The translations under genes were made by a program, and so were the position numbers. From Neisseria perflava (GTDB lineage: Bacteria; Pseudomonadota; Gammaproteobacteria; Burkholderiales; Neisseriaceae): a stretch of DNA of 32,000 bases. How positions within the stretch are numbered: the first letter of the stretch is position 1; each line of letters starts with the position of its first letter. The notes under the pieces were generated by a model. That model did no database searches, was not told the origin of the DNA, and saw only the letters and a list, made by a program, of their open reading frames with translations. Below are positions 7,924 to 15,256 of this stretch, piece by piece. The stretch covers positions 2,074,637 through 2,106,636 of the forward strand of contig NZ_CP079818.1 in assembly GCF_019334725.1 (NCBI RefSeq). Reading direction: 5' to 3'.

Positions 7924-8985
7924 ATGAAAAAAATACTGTTCGGCCTGACCGCCGCCCTTTTAACTTCAGCCGCTGCTGCAAACACACTTATTCCAGACGT
8001 CTCCCCCGCCTCTTCCGGACAACACGTCGTTATCAATATTACGCAACAGCGTTTGTTCCTCTACGACAACGGTAAACTGAGCAAAATTTATCCTGTTGCC
8101 GTCGGCAAAGCCATGACCCAAACCAATCTGGGCGAACATAAAATAGGCGCAAAAGCCTACAACCCGGTTTGGCATATCCCTAAATCCATCCAAAAAGAAC
8201 GCAATGACGGAGTTAAAAGCGTACCGGCCGGCCCGAATAACCCGCTGGGCCCGGTATTTGTCCGTCTTGGCGACCCTAAATTAAGCCTTGGCATTCACGG
8301 CACCAATGCCCCTGCCAGCGTACCCGGCGTCCGCAGCCATGGTTGCGTGCGCATGAAATCGCCTGACGCATTGGAATTCGCCAAAACCATCGCAACAGGT
8401 TCTCCTGCCTCCGTTATCTATCAAATGGCAAGTCTGAACGAAGATGCCAACCAAAACTTGTGGCTGGCTGCCTATCGCGACCCATACGACAAGAAAAACC
8501 TTGATACGGCTGCCCTGAAAAAAAGCATTACTGCCTGGGCAAAAGCGCACGGCAAAACCATTCCTGCCGCACGTGTGGATGCAATCCTGAAAGGACGCAC
8601 CGGCGCAGCAAACTGTCTGACCTGCGCCAAAGGTGTGAAACTCAAATCGCCTTTGAAGTCTTTGGCATGGACCAGCGGCACGGATGCTTACAGCAAACCT
8701 AAAGTCATGCCGAAACCGGCTCCTGCTAAAGATGTGGTATTGCCTCAAGGAACTGAAATCGAAGTCGATGCTACCGACGATACAAACAAGGCAGCATCCG
8801 AACCGAAACAAAGCGTTCGTCCGACTCCGGTGAAACCGGCAAAACCTGCTGCCAAACCGGCAACCACTCCGGCCGATACTCCTGCTTCTGTGCCTAAAGC
8901 CGCTTCCGAACCGGCTACTACCCCTGCCTCTTCCCCTGCGAAAGATGCTCCGACAAGCAGCGAACCTGCAGATTTGTTGTTCTAA
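7924..8985 (+). CDS. L,D-transpeptidase (YkuD domain) with signal peptide and a Pro/Ala/Thr-rich C-terminal tail
   Basis: The signal peptide is MKKILFGLTAALLTSAAAA. The YkuD active site is IHGTNAPASVPGVRSHGCVRM. The last ~100 aa are low complexity (PAKPAAKPATTPADTPASVPKAASEPATTPASSPAK). Confidence 0.85.
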   Translation: MKKILFGLTAALLTSAAAANTLIPDVSPASSGQHVVINITQQRLFLYDNGKLSKIYPVAVGKAMTQTNLGEHKIGAKAYNPVWHIPKSIQKERNDGVKSVPAGPNNPLGPVFVRLGDPKLSLGIHGTNAPASVPGVRSHGCVRMKSPDALEFAKTIATGSPASVIYQMASLNEDANQNLWLAAYRDPYDKKNLDTAALKKSITAWAKAHGKTIPAARVDAILKGRTGAANCLTCAKGVKLKSPLKSLAWTSGTDAYSKPKVMPKPAPAKDVVLPQGTEIEVDATDDTNKAASEPKQSVRPTPVKPAKPAAKPATTPADTPASVPKAASEPATTPASSPAKDAPTSSEPADLLF

Positions 8986-9007
8986 GCAGAACAAAATACA
9001 TAGCCAA

Positions 9008-9039
9008 AGGCCGTCTGAAATGAATTTTTCAGACGGCCT
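9008..9039. terminator. Inverted DUS pair acting as a bidirectional terminator between the L,D-transpeptidase gene and queC
   Basis: AGGCCGTCTGAA (9008..9019) and TTCAGACGGCCT (9028..9039) form a 12-bp stem. A T-run follows on the plus strand. The flanking genes converge. Confidence 0.7.
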
Positions 9040-9080
9040 TTTCGTACAACTGGATATTGGAAATATATGCCCCTCTTAAT

Positions 9081-9740
9081 TCAGACGGCCTTTTTACTTT
9101 CCAAATATTCCGACAAACCGCACTCGCGCAAAATACAGCTTGGGCATTCATGACAACCACCAACCACGCCGTTATAACAGGTATGCGTGTGCTCACGAAT
9201 ATAATCCAATGCACCCATTTCATCTGCCAGCGCCCATGTTTGCGCTTTGGTTAAATACATCAAGGGCGTATGGATTTGAAAAGCGTAATCCATGGCCAGA
9301 TTCAGCGTGACATTCATCGACTTGACGAACACATCGCGGCAGTCGGGATAACCGGAAAAATCGGTTTCGCACACGCCGGCAATAATATGGCGTATTCCCT
9401 GCCCTTTGGCGTAAATGGCGGCATAAAGCAAAAACAAAGCATTGCGTCCATCTACAAATGTATTGGGCAGGCCGTCTGAAGCTGTTTCAATGGATGCCGT
9501 ATCATCCATCAAGGCGTTATGTGTAATCTGTTGCATCAGGCTCAAATCGAGTACTGTCTGCTTCACGCCCAAATCTTGGGCAATCCAACGCGCGCGCTCC
9601 AATTCGATGGCGTGGCGTTGCCCATATTGAAAAGTGATGGCCTGCACATTTTCACGGCCATATGTTTGAATTGCCTGAATCAGGCAGGTTGTTGAATCCT
9701 GCCCGCCCGAAAAAATAACGAGGGCCTGCTGTTTTTCCAT
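9081..9740 (-). CDS. queC: 7-cyano-7-deazaguanine synthase QueC
   Basis: The PP-loop is [13 protein letters not shown]. The C-terminal zinc cysteines are [18 protein letters not shown]. The last codons and the stop (AAG GCC GTC TGA) are themselves a DUS. Confidence 0.95.
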   Translation of the reverse strand: MEKQQALVIFSGGQDSTTCLIQAIQTYGRENVQAITFQYGQRHAIELERARWIAQDLGVKQTVLDLSLMQQITHNALMDDTASIETASDGLPNTFVDGRNALFLLYAAIYAKGQGIRHIIAGVCETDFSGYPDCRDVFVKSMNVTLNLAMDYAFQIHTPLMYLTKAQTWALADEMGALDYIREHTHTCYNGVVGGCHECPSCILRECGLSEYLESKKAV

Positions 9741-9746
9741 AGTAAA

Positions 9747-9786
9747 TTCCTAGTTTTGTTAACGCGGGAGGTTTGCGAACCGCGTG
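9747..9786 (-). promoter_or_regulatory. preQ1-I riboswitch in the queC 5' leader
   Basis: Minus strand reads CACGCGGUUCGCAAACCUCCCGCGUUAACAAAACUAGGAA-UUUACU-AUG. P1 is ACGCGG/CCGCGU with a 12-nt loop UUCGCAAACCUC. The A-rich tail UUAACAAAACUAGG contains the Shine-Dalgarno AGGA. It is nearly collinear with the T. tengcongensis preQ1-I aptamer (CUGGGUCGCAGUAACCCCAGUUAACAAAACAAGG). Confidence 0.8.
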
Positions 9787-9860
9787 ATTCGAAGATTGAC
9801 GGATTATAACGGATTTCGTCTATAATCACGGCACTTCATTTTCTTTTATATAGCATAATC

Positions 9861-10460
9861 ATGAGCATTTACGCCCTGAAACCAAAATTCCAAAACCTAT
9901 TGCGCCCCATTGTTAAGCGACTGTATCAAAAAGGTATTACTGCCAATCAGATTACCCTGTTTGCCTGCGCCGTTTCTATTTTGATCGGTTTGCTTTTAGC
10001 ATTGTTTGCTGGTGTATCCACACTATTCTGGCTTTTACCGATCTGGTTGTTTGTCCGTATGGCGCTGAATGCGATGGACGGTATGCTGGCACGGGAGTTC
10101 GGCCAACAATCGGCATTAGGCGGTTATTTGAATGAAATCACTGATATTGCCGCAGATGCTGCTTTGTATCTGCCTTTTGCCTTTATCGCGCCCTTCGGCG
10201 GCGTACAAATTGCCCTGTTTATTTGGCTGGCGGCAATGACTGAATTTTGCGGCGTTTTGGGACAAGTCCATGGCAACGGCCGTCGTTATGACGGACCATT
10301 CGGCAAAAGCGATCGCGCATTCTTTATCGGCGCATTGGCAGTATGGTATGCAATTGCCGGCAGCTTCCATTCGCTTTTCTATATCCTTATGTGGCTGGCC
10401 TGCGCGGCATTGGTTTATACCTGCTACAAACGTGTCATCAATGGCTTGAAGGCCGTCTGA
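9861..10460 (+). CDS. CDP-alcohol phosphatidyltransferase family protein
   Basis: 199 aa and polytopic. The motif is MDGMLAREFGQQSALGGYLNEITDIAAD, i.e. DG-x2-AR...G...D-x3-D. The first Asp and one spacing are non-canonical. The stop codon is supplied by a DUS (AAG GCC GTC TGA). Confidence 0.75.
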   Translation: MSIYALKPKFQNLLRPIVKRLYQKGITANQITLFACAVSILIGLLLALFAGVSTLFWLLPIWLFVRMALNAMDGMLAREFGQQSALGGYLNEITDIAADAALYLPFAFIAPFGGVQIALFIWLAAMTEFCGVLGQVHGNGRRYDGPFGKSDRAFFIGALAVWYAIAGSFHSLFYILMWLACAALVYTCYKRVINGLKAV

Positions 10461-10538
10461 AACTTGTCCACGTTCTTGGGTTAATCATCATTGATTAAAA
10501 TATTTAAACCCATCACCCCGTTTTACTGAAAACAAAAA

Positions 10539-10578
10539 AGGCCGTCTGAAACCATAAACTATCGGTTTCAGACGGCCT
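10539..10578. terminator. Inverted DUS pair acting as a bidirectional terminator
   Basis: AGGCCGTCTGAA (10539..10550) and TTCAGACGGCCT (10567..10578) lie between convergent genes. An A-run and a T-run flank the pair. Confidence 0.7.
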
Positions 10579-10600
10579 TTTATTCAGTAGCCAAGATAAC

Positions 10601-12463
10601 TTATTGTTTACCCAGTTGGCTGTAATCTACCAACATATACTTGGCAGTAATTTTCTGCGAAGCATTGCCTTCATCGCCCATCAAAATCATTTGAGGCTTG
10701 CCGTTAACGGTAATTGAATCGACGGCTTCAACGTTGGTAATGTGTTGCAGATTAGGCAAAGAGATTTTTTGCGGTTCATCGGTCGGATTACCGCTCCAAG
10801 TCCACAGTTGTGAGAATTTCTGTCCATTCTCATCCTTCACTTCATTAGCGATCACGTAGGTTTTCAAAACAGGATCATAGTTGAGGGAACGGATACCGCC
10901 GCCATCAATATCAATCACGGCCACTTCGTCAAACTCAGGCTTGGCATTGCGCTCAAATACATCTTTCGGATTGCTGATAAACGCGACCAAAGCCATGTTG
11001 TTGAACTCAGGATCACGGAAGCCCAAAACAAGACGTTTTTTCACTGGATCAAACGCCATGCCCTCAATATTGATTTCTTCAAAAGAAACCTCTGCCTTGG
11101 TTCGCTCGCGAATCAAATCATGCAGCTTGTGATCGGTTTCCAAAACCTGCGTCAGATTGTCGTAGCTGGTCAGCCCCAACACATTGCCGTCTTGGATTTT
11201 AAAGCGCATCAGGTGTTCGCGGTCAGGCGATCGGTTGCCTTTACGGGTGCGTGAGTGTGAAGTCATTGCGTAGATAAAGCCTTCATCGTCGCGCGCCAAA
11301 GCCTCCAAGTCGCTGAGACGGCGTTTGAAACCGGTAATCACGCGCGTATCCAATGCCTCGTCTTCTACAAACCTGCCGGTTTTATCAATGCTGATGATAC
11401 TGAATGCATGGTTGGGTTCGTCTTCCGCGATCAGCAACTTACCGTCCGGAAGCTGTTGTACGGCAGAAGGCTCAAATACGCCGTTAAACATATTGATACC
11501 CAGCGAACGCAACTCTGCCGCGTTGTTGGCCGGAGGCATCAGCAATGACGGCAATGTTTTTACGCCGATAAATGCCGCCAGCGAAGCCAGCAAGCCCCAG
11601 CGGAATACCGCGTAAGATAAGTTAATGTATTTGAACTGTTTATCCGCCAACAAACCGAGCCAGTAAAGATGGTCGCTCATCTTTTCATAGATTTGTTTAC
11701 GATCGCCCATAATCTCCTGCATCATTTCCCAATATTGATCTTTTTGCAGTTTCACACGGTCTTCATAAATCAAAATATTGGGTTGGCTGCCGCCAAAAAA
11801 GCGCGTTTCGGTACTACTGAGGCGGGTTTTCAAATCCCGCAGTTTCGAACGGCCGCGGATGAAATCCTTAAACCATGTACGCGCCGCCTGCATTTTACCG
11901 ATACGTTCCGGCGAAGCAGAAAGCAATGCAAACACGATAGATGCTGCGGCAGTAATCATAAACGTACTGGCCGGAATCAAAAATTCGGGCGACGATGAAA
12001 AAATAAACGCGCCCGAAATCATCAGCGCAGAAACAATAAAACCATTCAGCGAAATCATAATATTTGCTTTGGTTGCCGCCAGCGCCAACAATTCCATCTC
12101 CGAGCGTACGGCATTGCGGAACATGGTTTCCACGCCCTTATTCGTACCCAACAGATCAGACGCATTCAAATCCTCGGCTTTATTTTTTTTCTTTTTCGCC
12201 TTGTCTTTTTTGCGTTTGGCCTTCTTCTCGTTTTTTTCAGACGGCATTTCAGGATGTTCAACTACATCCTGACCTTCTACTGCTTCCTGAATTTCTACCG
12301 CGTCAGCCACAACCTCAACTTCGTTTTCAACAACACCGTTTTGCTTGTGATCCCACAAATCAACATCCTGTTGGGATTCTGCAGATGTGCCGTCGTTTAA
12401 AGGTTTGCCTTGGTCGCCCATCTGCTTCTGCCGGCCATTTTCCTTCCAATCATTCAAATCCAT
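10601..12463 (-). CDS. Large membrane protein: charged low-complexity N-terminus, DUF5706/PycTM-like transmembrane module, beta-rich C-terminal domain
   Basis: I prefer the ATG at 12463 (MDLNDWKEN...), which has GGGAG 7 nt upstream, over the GTG at 12487. The Lys-rich run is KKAKRKKDKAKKKKNK. The segment NAVRSEMELLALAATKANIMISLNGFIVSALMISGAFIF...ITAAASIVFALLSASP...DHLYWLGLLADKQFKYINLSYAVFRWGLLASLAAFIG resembles the DUF5706 (Pycsar TM effector) pattern from memory. The C-terminal ~290 aa is soluble and beta-rich (INIEGMAFDP..LVLGFRDP). Confidence 0.6.
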   Translation of the reverse strand: MDLNDWKENGRQKQMGDQGKPLNDGTSAESQQDVDLWDHKQNGVVENEVEVVADAVEIQEAVEGQDVVEHPEMPSEKNEKKAKRKKDKAKKKKNKAEDLNASDLLGTNKGVETMFRNAVRSEMELLALAATKANIMISLNGFIVSALMISGAFIFSSSPEFLIPASTFMITAAASIVFALLSASPERIGKMQAARTWFKDFIRGRSKLRDLKTRLSSTETRFFGGSQPNILIYEDRVKLQKDQYWEMMQEIMGDRKQIYEKMSDHLYWLGLLADKQFKYINLSYAVFRWGLLASLAAFIGVKTLPSLLMPPANNAAELRSLGINMFNGVFEPSAVQQLPDGKLLIAEDEPNHAFSIISIDKTGRFVEDEALDTRVITGFKRRLSDLEALARDDEGFIYAMTSHSRTRKGNRSPDREHLMRFKIQDGNVLGLTSYDNLTQVLETDHKLHDLIRERTKAEVSFEEINIEGMAFDPVKKRLVLGFRDPEFNNMALVAFISNPKDVFERNAKPEFDEVAVIDIDGGGIRSLNYDPVLKTYVIANEVKDENGQKFSQLWTWSGNPTDEPQKISLPNLQHITNVEAVDSITVNGKPQMILMGDEGNASQKITAKYMLVDYSQLGKQ

Positions 12464-12629
12464 ATCATGACTCCCAACATCAAACACTTTGAATTAAATG
12501 GAAAATAAAAAACATATTTAGTTCATTTATTTTAGGTAATTTACATGCCGCTTACATTCTTTAAATACCTAAATAGCAAACTGCCGCAGAACCCCAAAGT
12601 CCTGCGACAATCCGCCTTGCATCAAAATA

Positions 12630-12914
12630 TTAATAGTCGATGCGTTCTTTAATAATTTTCAAATCAGGATAAGACAAAACAATGTCGTACTCACGACCAT
12701 CTTTAAAAGCCTCGATATCCAACACAGGCTGGCCTCGACGGCTATCGGCTTCAACATCGTGAACTTGATAGCCGCGTTGCTCCAACATTTTTACGGCTTT
12801 AGCACGGTTTTGCTCGAAGTTTTTGTCGCTGTAGATTTTGTGTTCAATGTAATCGCTGGCACCGGCAGTAGCAGCAGACAAAGCAACGATGGCGGTCAAT
12901 AAGAATTTTTTCAT
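12630..12914 (-). CDS. Small secreted PepSY-domain protein
   Basis: I prefer the ATG at 12914 (MKKFLLTAIVALSAATAGA signal peptide), which has AAGGA upstream, over the TTG at 12932. The mature part (LEQRGYQVHDVEADSRRGQPVLDIEAFKDGREYDIVLSYPDLKII) fits the PepSY pattern. Confidence 0.6.
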   Translation of the reverse strand: MKKFLLTAIVALSAATAGASDYIEHKIYSDKNFEQNRAKAVKMLEQRGYQVHDVEADSRRGQPVLDIEAFKDGREYDIVLSYPDLKIIKERIDY

Positions 12915-13010
12915 GTTTGATTTCCTTTTCAAATGTGTATTCGGGTTTCGATGGATGTATTAAAACACAGTAAAATTAGCAGTTAATTAGTGCTTGGTTA
13001 AACGCAGTAA

Positions 13011-13039
13011 AGGCCGTCTGAAAACTGTTCAGACAGCCT
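13011..13039. repeat. Inverted DUS pair (one arm imperfect) in a divergent intergenic region
   Basis: AGGCCGTCTGAA (13011..13022) faces TTCAGACAGCCT (13028..13039). Both neighbouring genes point away from it, so it terminates neither of them. Confidence 0.8.
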
Positions 13040-13145
13040 TTAACCTTAATTATCAAATTTCAAACGTATTGCCCAAGTGTAAATCCGGAGAGTTAGAAAC
13101 AATGAAAAGCCTGCAGCGAATATTCACCCAACAAACGGACAAATC

Positions 13146-13898
13146 ATGAACAAATTTTGCGAAATCACCTTTTGCCAACAAATCGGCAGCAACAAACAGC
13201 ACAACCAAGATGCCCTTTTTAACGGCGAACAAGTGTTTCAATATAAACTCAAAACCGCTGAAACACGTCTTGAAACCCGTCCACGCTTTATCATCGGGAT
13301 AGCCGACGGCATTTCCAATAGCAATCGTCCCGAAAAAGCCAGCAAATCAGCCATGCACCTATTAAGCCATACAACCAAACTCAGCCGTCAAACCATCAAT
13401 CATGTACAAACCGCTTTATCTAAAGAGTTGGCAGAGGATTATTTTGGTTCCTCAACCACTTTTGTTGCCGCCGAAATCGACCAAACCACCGGCAAAACCG
13501 AAATCATCAGCGTAGGCGACAGCCGCGCCTATTTGATTGATACACAAGGAAAATGGAAGCAACTGACCCAAGATCACTCGATACTCTCCGAATTGCTGGA
13601 TGGTTTGTCGGATAAAAAAGAAGAAGGGTTTGCCACCATATATGGCGGCGTTTCTTCTTATCTAGTAGCAGATTATTCCGATTTCCAAGACAAAATGTGC
13701 CATGTCGAGCTTACGCTTAAAGCAGGAGAAAGCCTGCTGCTTTGTTCAGACGGCCTAAGCGACGCTCTTTCAGAAGAAATAAGAGAAAAAATTTGGCAAC
13801 AATATGATAACGATAAGTCCCGTCTGACTGTATTTCGTAAATTAATTGCGAAACAAAGAGTTTATGATGATATGTCGGTAGTAGTTTGCCGATTGTAG
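13146..13898 (+). CDS. PP2C-family Ser/Thr protein phosphatase
   Basis: 250 aa. PP2C motifs appear in order: HNQDA, IGIADGIS, SVGDSRAYL, LLCSDGLSD and YDDMSVVV. It has no Shine-Dalgarno of its own, and its ATG overlaps the stop of a 15-codon upstream ORF. One DUS lies inside the SDGL motif codons. Confidence 0.8.
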   Translation: MNKFCEITFCQQIGSNKQHNQDALFNGEQVFQYKLKTAETRLETRPRFIIGIADGISNSNRPEKASKSAMHLLSHTTKLSRQTINHVQTALSKELAEDYFGSSTTFVAAEIDQTTGKTEIISVGDSRAYLIDTQGKWKQLTQDHSILSELLDGLSDKKEEGFATIYGGVSSYLVADYSDFQDKMCHVELTLKAGESLLLCSDGLSDALSEEIREKIWQQYDNDKSRLTVFRKLIAKQRVYDDMSVVVCRL

Positions 13899-13939
13899 TC
13901 TATAATGTTTACCTATTTTTCATACTAAGGGGTATCTAT

Positions 13940-15256
13940 ATGAGCATAGAAAAAGCAGAAATACTCAAGATTGATGACATATTTAAATTAAATTTGAGTA
14001 TCCCTAATTATCAAAGACCATACAAATGGACAATTAAAAATGTACAACAATTAATCGATGACCTGCTCCAAAATTTTAGAGAGGGGAAAAAAATATATCG
14101 CATCGGCACAATTGTTTTAAATAAGGATAAAGACTGTTCTGAAATATCTGAAATAGTAGATGGCCAACAACGGCTTATTACACTCTCGTTATTGCTTCAT
14201 AAACTGGGGAAGGATGATGTGTCTCTTTTAGAAGAAAAACTGAATCATAGCATCAGCAAAAATAATATTACAACGAACTATAATTTTCTCAAAAACTATA
14301 ATTTCACAAATAAATTTAAGGATTATCTCCTTAACAGGTGTGAAATGGTTTGTATCGAATTAGATGACTTAGATGAGGCTTTTCAATTTTTTGATTCACA
14401 AAATGCCAGAGGCAAACCTTTAGAATCTTATGACCTCTTAAAAGCTTATCATTTAAGAGACATGAGAGATAAAGACGAGAAGGTCATTCACCAATGTGTC
14501 GAACGCTGGGAAAAATCTGCAATGTCTAACGATATAAATAATTTAGATAAAATTATCAACTATATCTTATTTAGACTTCGCCGCTGGCATTATAAAGAGA
14601 ATGCAGAAATATTTACATCAGATGAATTAGATACATTTAAAGGCGTTCATGAAAAAGTTGATTATCCTTACTTACATGGAATATTAGCTACTCATGCCAT
14701 ACAAAAATTATCACATGAAAATCCATTTTTATATCGATCGATATCAGCATTTCAAGCCACACAAGTGCTAATTAATGGAAAATATTTCTTTGATTACATT
14801 GAAAATTATACGGCCATCTATGAAAAACTATTTAAAGAAAAGGATGGGTTGTTAGATAAAATTCATTCTATTAATGGAATTGATTTAGAAAAAGGAGTAA
14901 TGGCTTTTTTAAACAATCATAAATACAGTTATCGAACTGGTGATAAATACATTAGAAATTTATTTGAATGTACCGTATTGTTATACTTTGATAAATTTGG
15001 AGCAAGCCATTTTGAAGAATTTATAACAAAAGCTTTTCTATGGGCTTATCGTACTCGGGTAGAATCTCAGCGTATTACCTTTAAGACCATTGAAAATAAA
15101 GTTCATGATATAGCTGGATTAATTTCTTATATTGAAAAATCCATTACCCCCGAACAAGTCATGCGTTTTATTCAACAAACCGAAAAAGTCAATTTTTCAA
15201 AACATGTAGATCCTAAAATAAAAGAGATTTTGGAAATTAAAGATGAAAACAAATAA
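13940..15256 (+). CDS. DUF262 (ParB-like/GmrS-like) domain protein without a nuclease domain
   Basis: I prefer the ATG at 13940 (MSIEKAEILK...), which has AAGGGG 7 nt upstream, over the track start at 13886. The DUF262 signatures IPNYQRPYKWT and IVDGQQRLITLSLLLH are present. No His-Me/HNH-like motif is seen. The gene is very AT-rich. Confidence 0.8.
   Translation: MSIEKAEILKIDDIFKLNLSIPNYQRPYKWTIKNVQQLIDDLLQNFREGKKIYRIGTIVLNKDKDCSEISEIVDGQQRLITLSLLLHKLGKDDVSLLEEKLNHSISKNNITTNYNFLKNYNFTNKFKDYLLNRCEMVCIELDDLDEAFQFFDSQNARGKPLESYDLLKAYHLRDMRDKDEKVIHQCVERWEKSAMSNDINNLDKIINYILFRLRRWHYKENAEIFTSDELDTFKGVHEKVDYPYLHGILATHAIQKLSHENPFLYRSISAFQATQVLINGKYFFDYIENYTAIYEKLFKEKDGLLDKIHSINGIDLEKGVMAFLNNHKYSYRTGDKYIRNLFECTVLLYFDKFGASHFEEFITKAFLWAYRTRVESQRITFKTIENKVHDIAGLISYIEKSITPEQVMRFIQQTEKVNFSKHVDPKIKEILEIKDENK

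Noticed and set aside
8281-8994. 237-aa minus-strand ORF (Arg/Cys/Phe/Gly-rich)
   Set aside because: It is antisense to the L,D-transpeptidase gene and is produced by the biased Pro/Ala/Thr-coding tail. It has no start context or recognisable motif.
12183-12190. T8 homopolymer (A8 on the coding strand) as a possible phase-variation tract
   Set aside because: It simply encodes part of the lysine run KKKK. The tract is short, and I found no poly-G/C or tetranucleotide repeats of the kind used for phase variation in this family.
13886-13939. Upstream start for the first DUF262 gene given in the ORF track
   Set aside because: It would overlap the PP2C stop and add a hydrophobic 18-aa extension with no ribosome-binding site. 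The ATG at 13940 has AAGGGG at ideal spacing.
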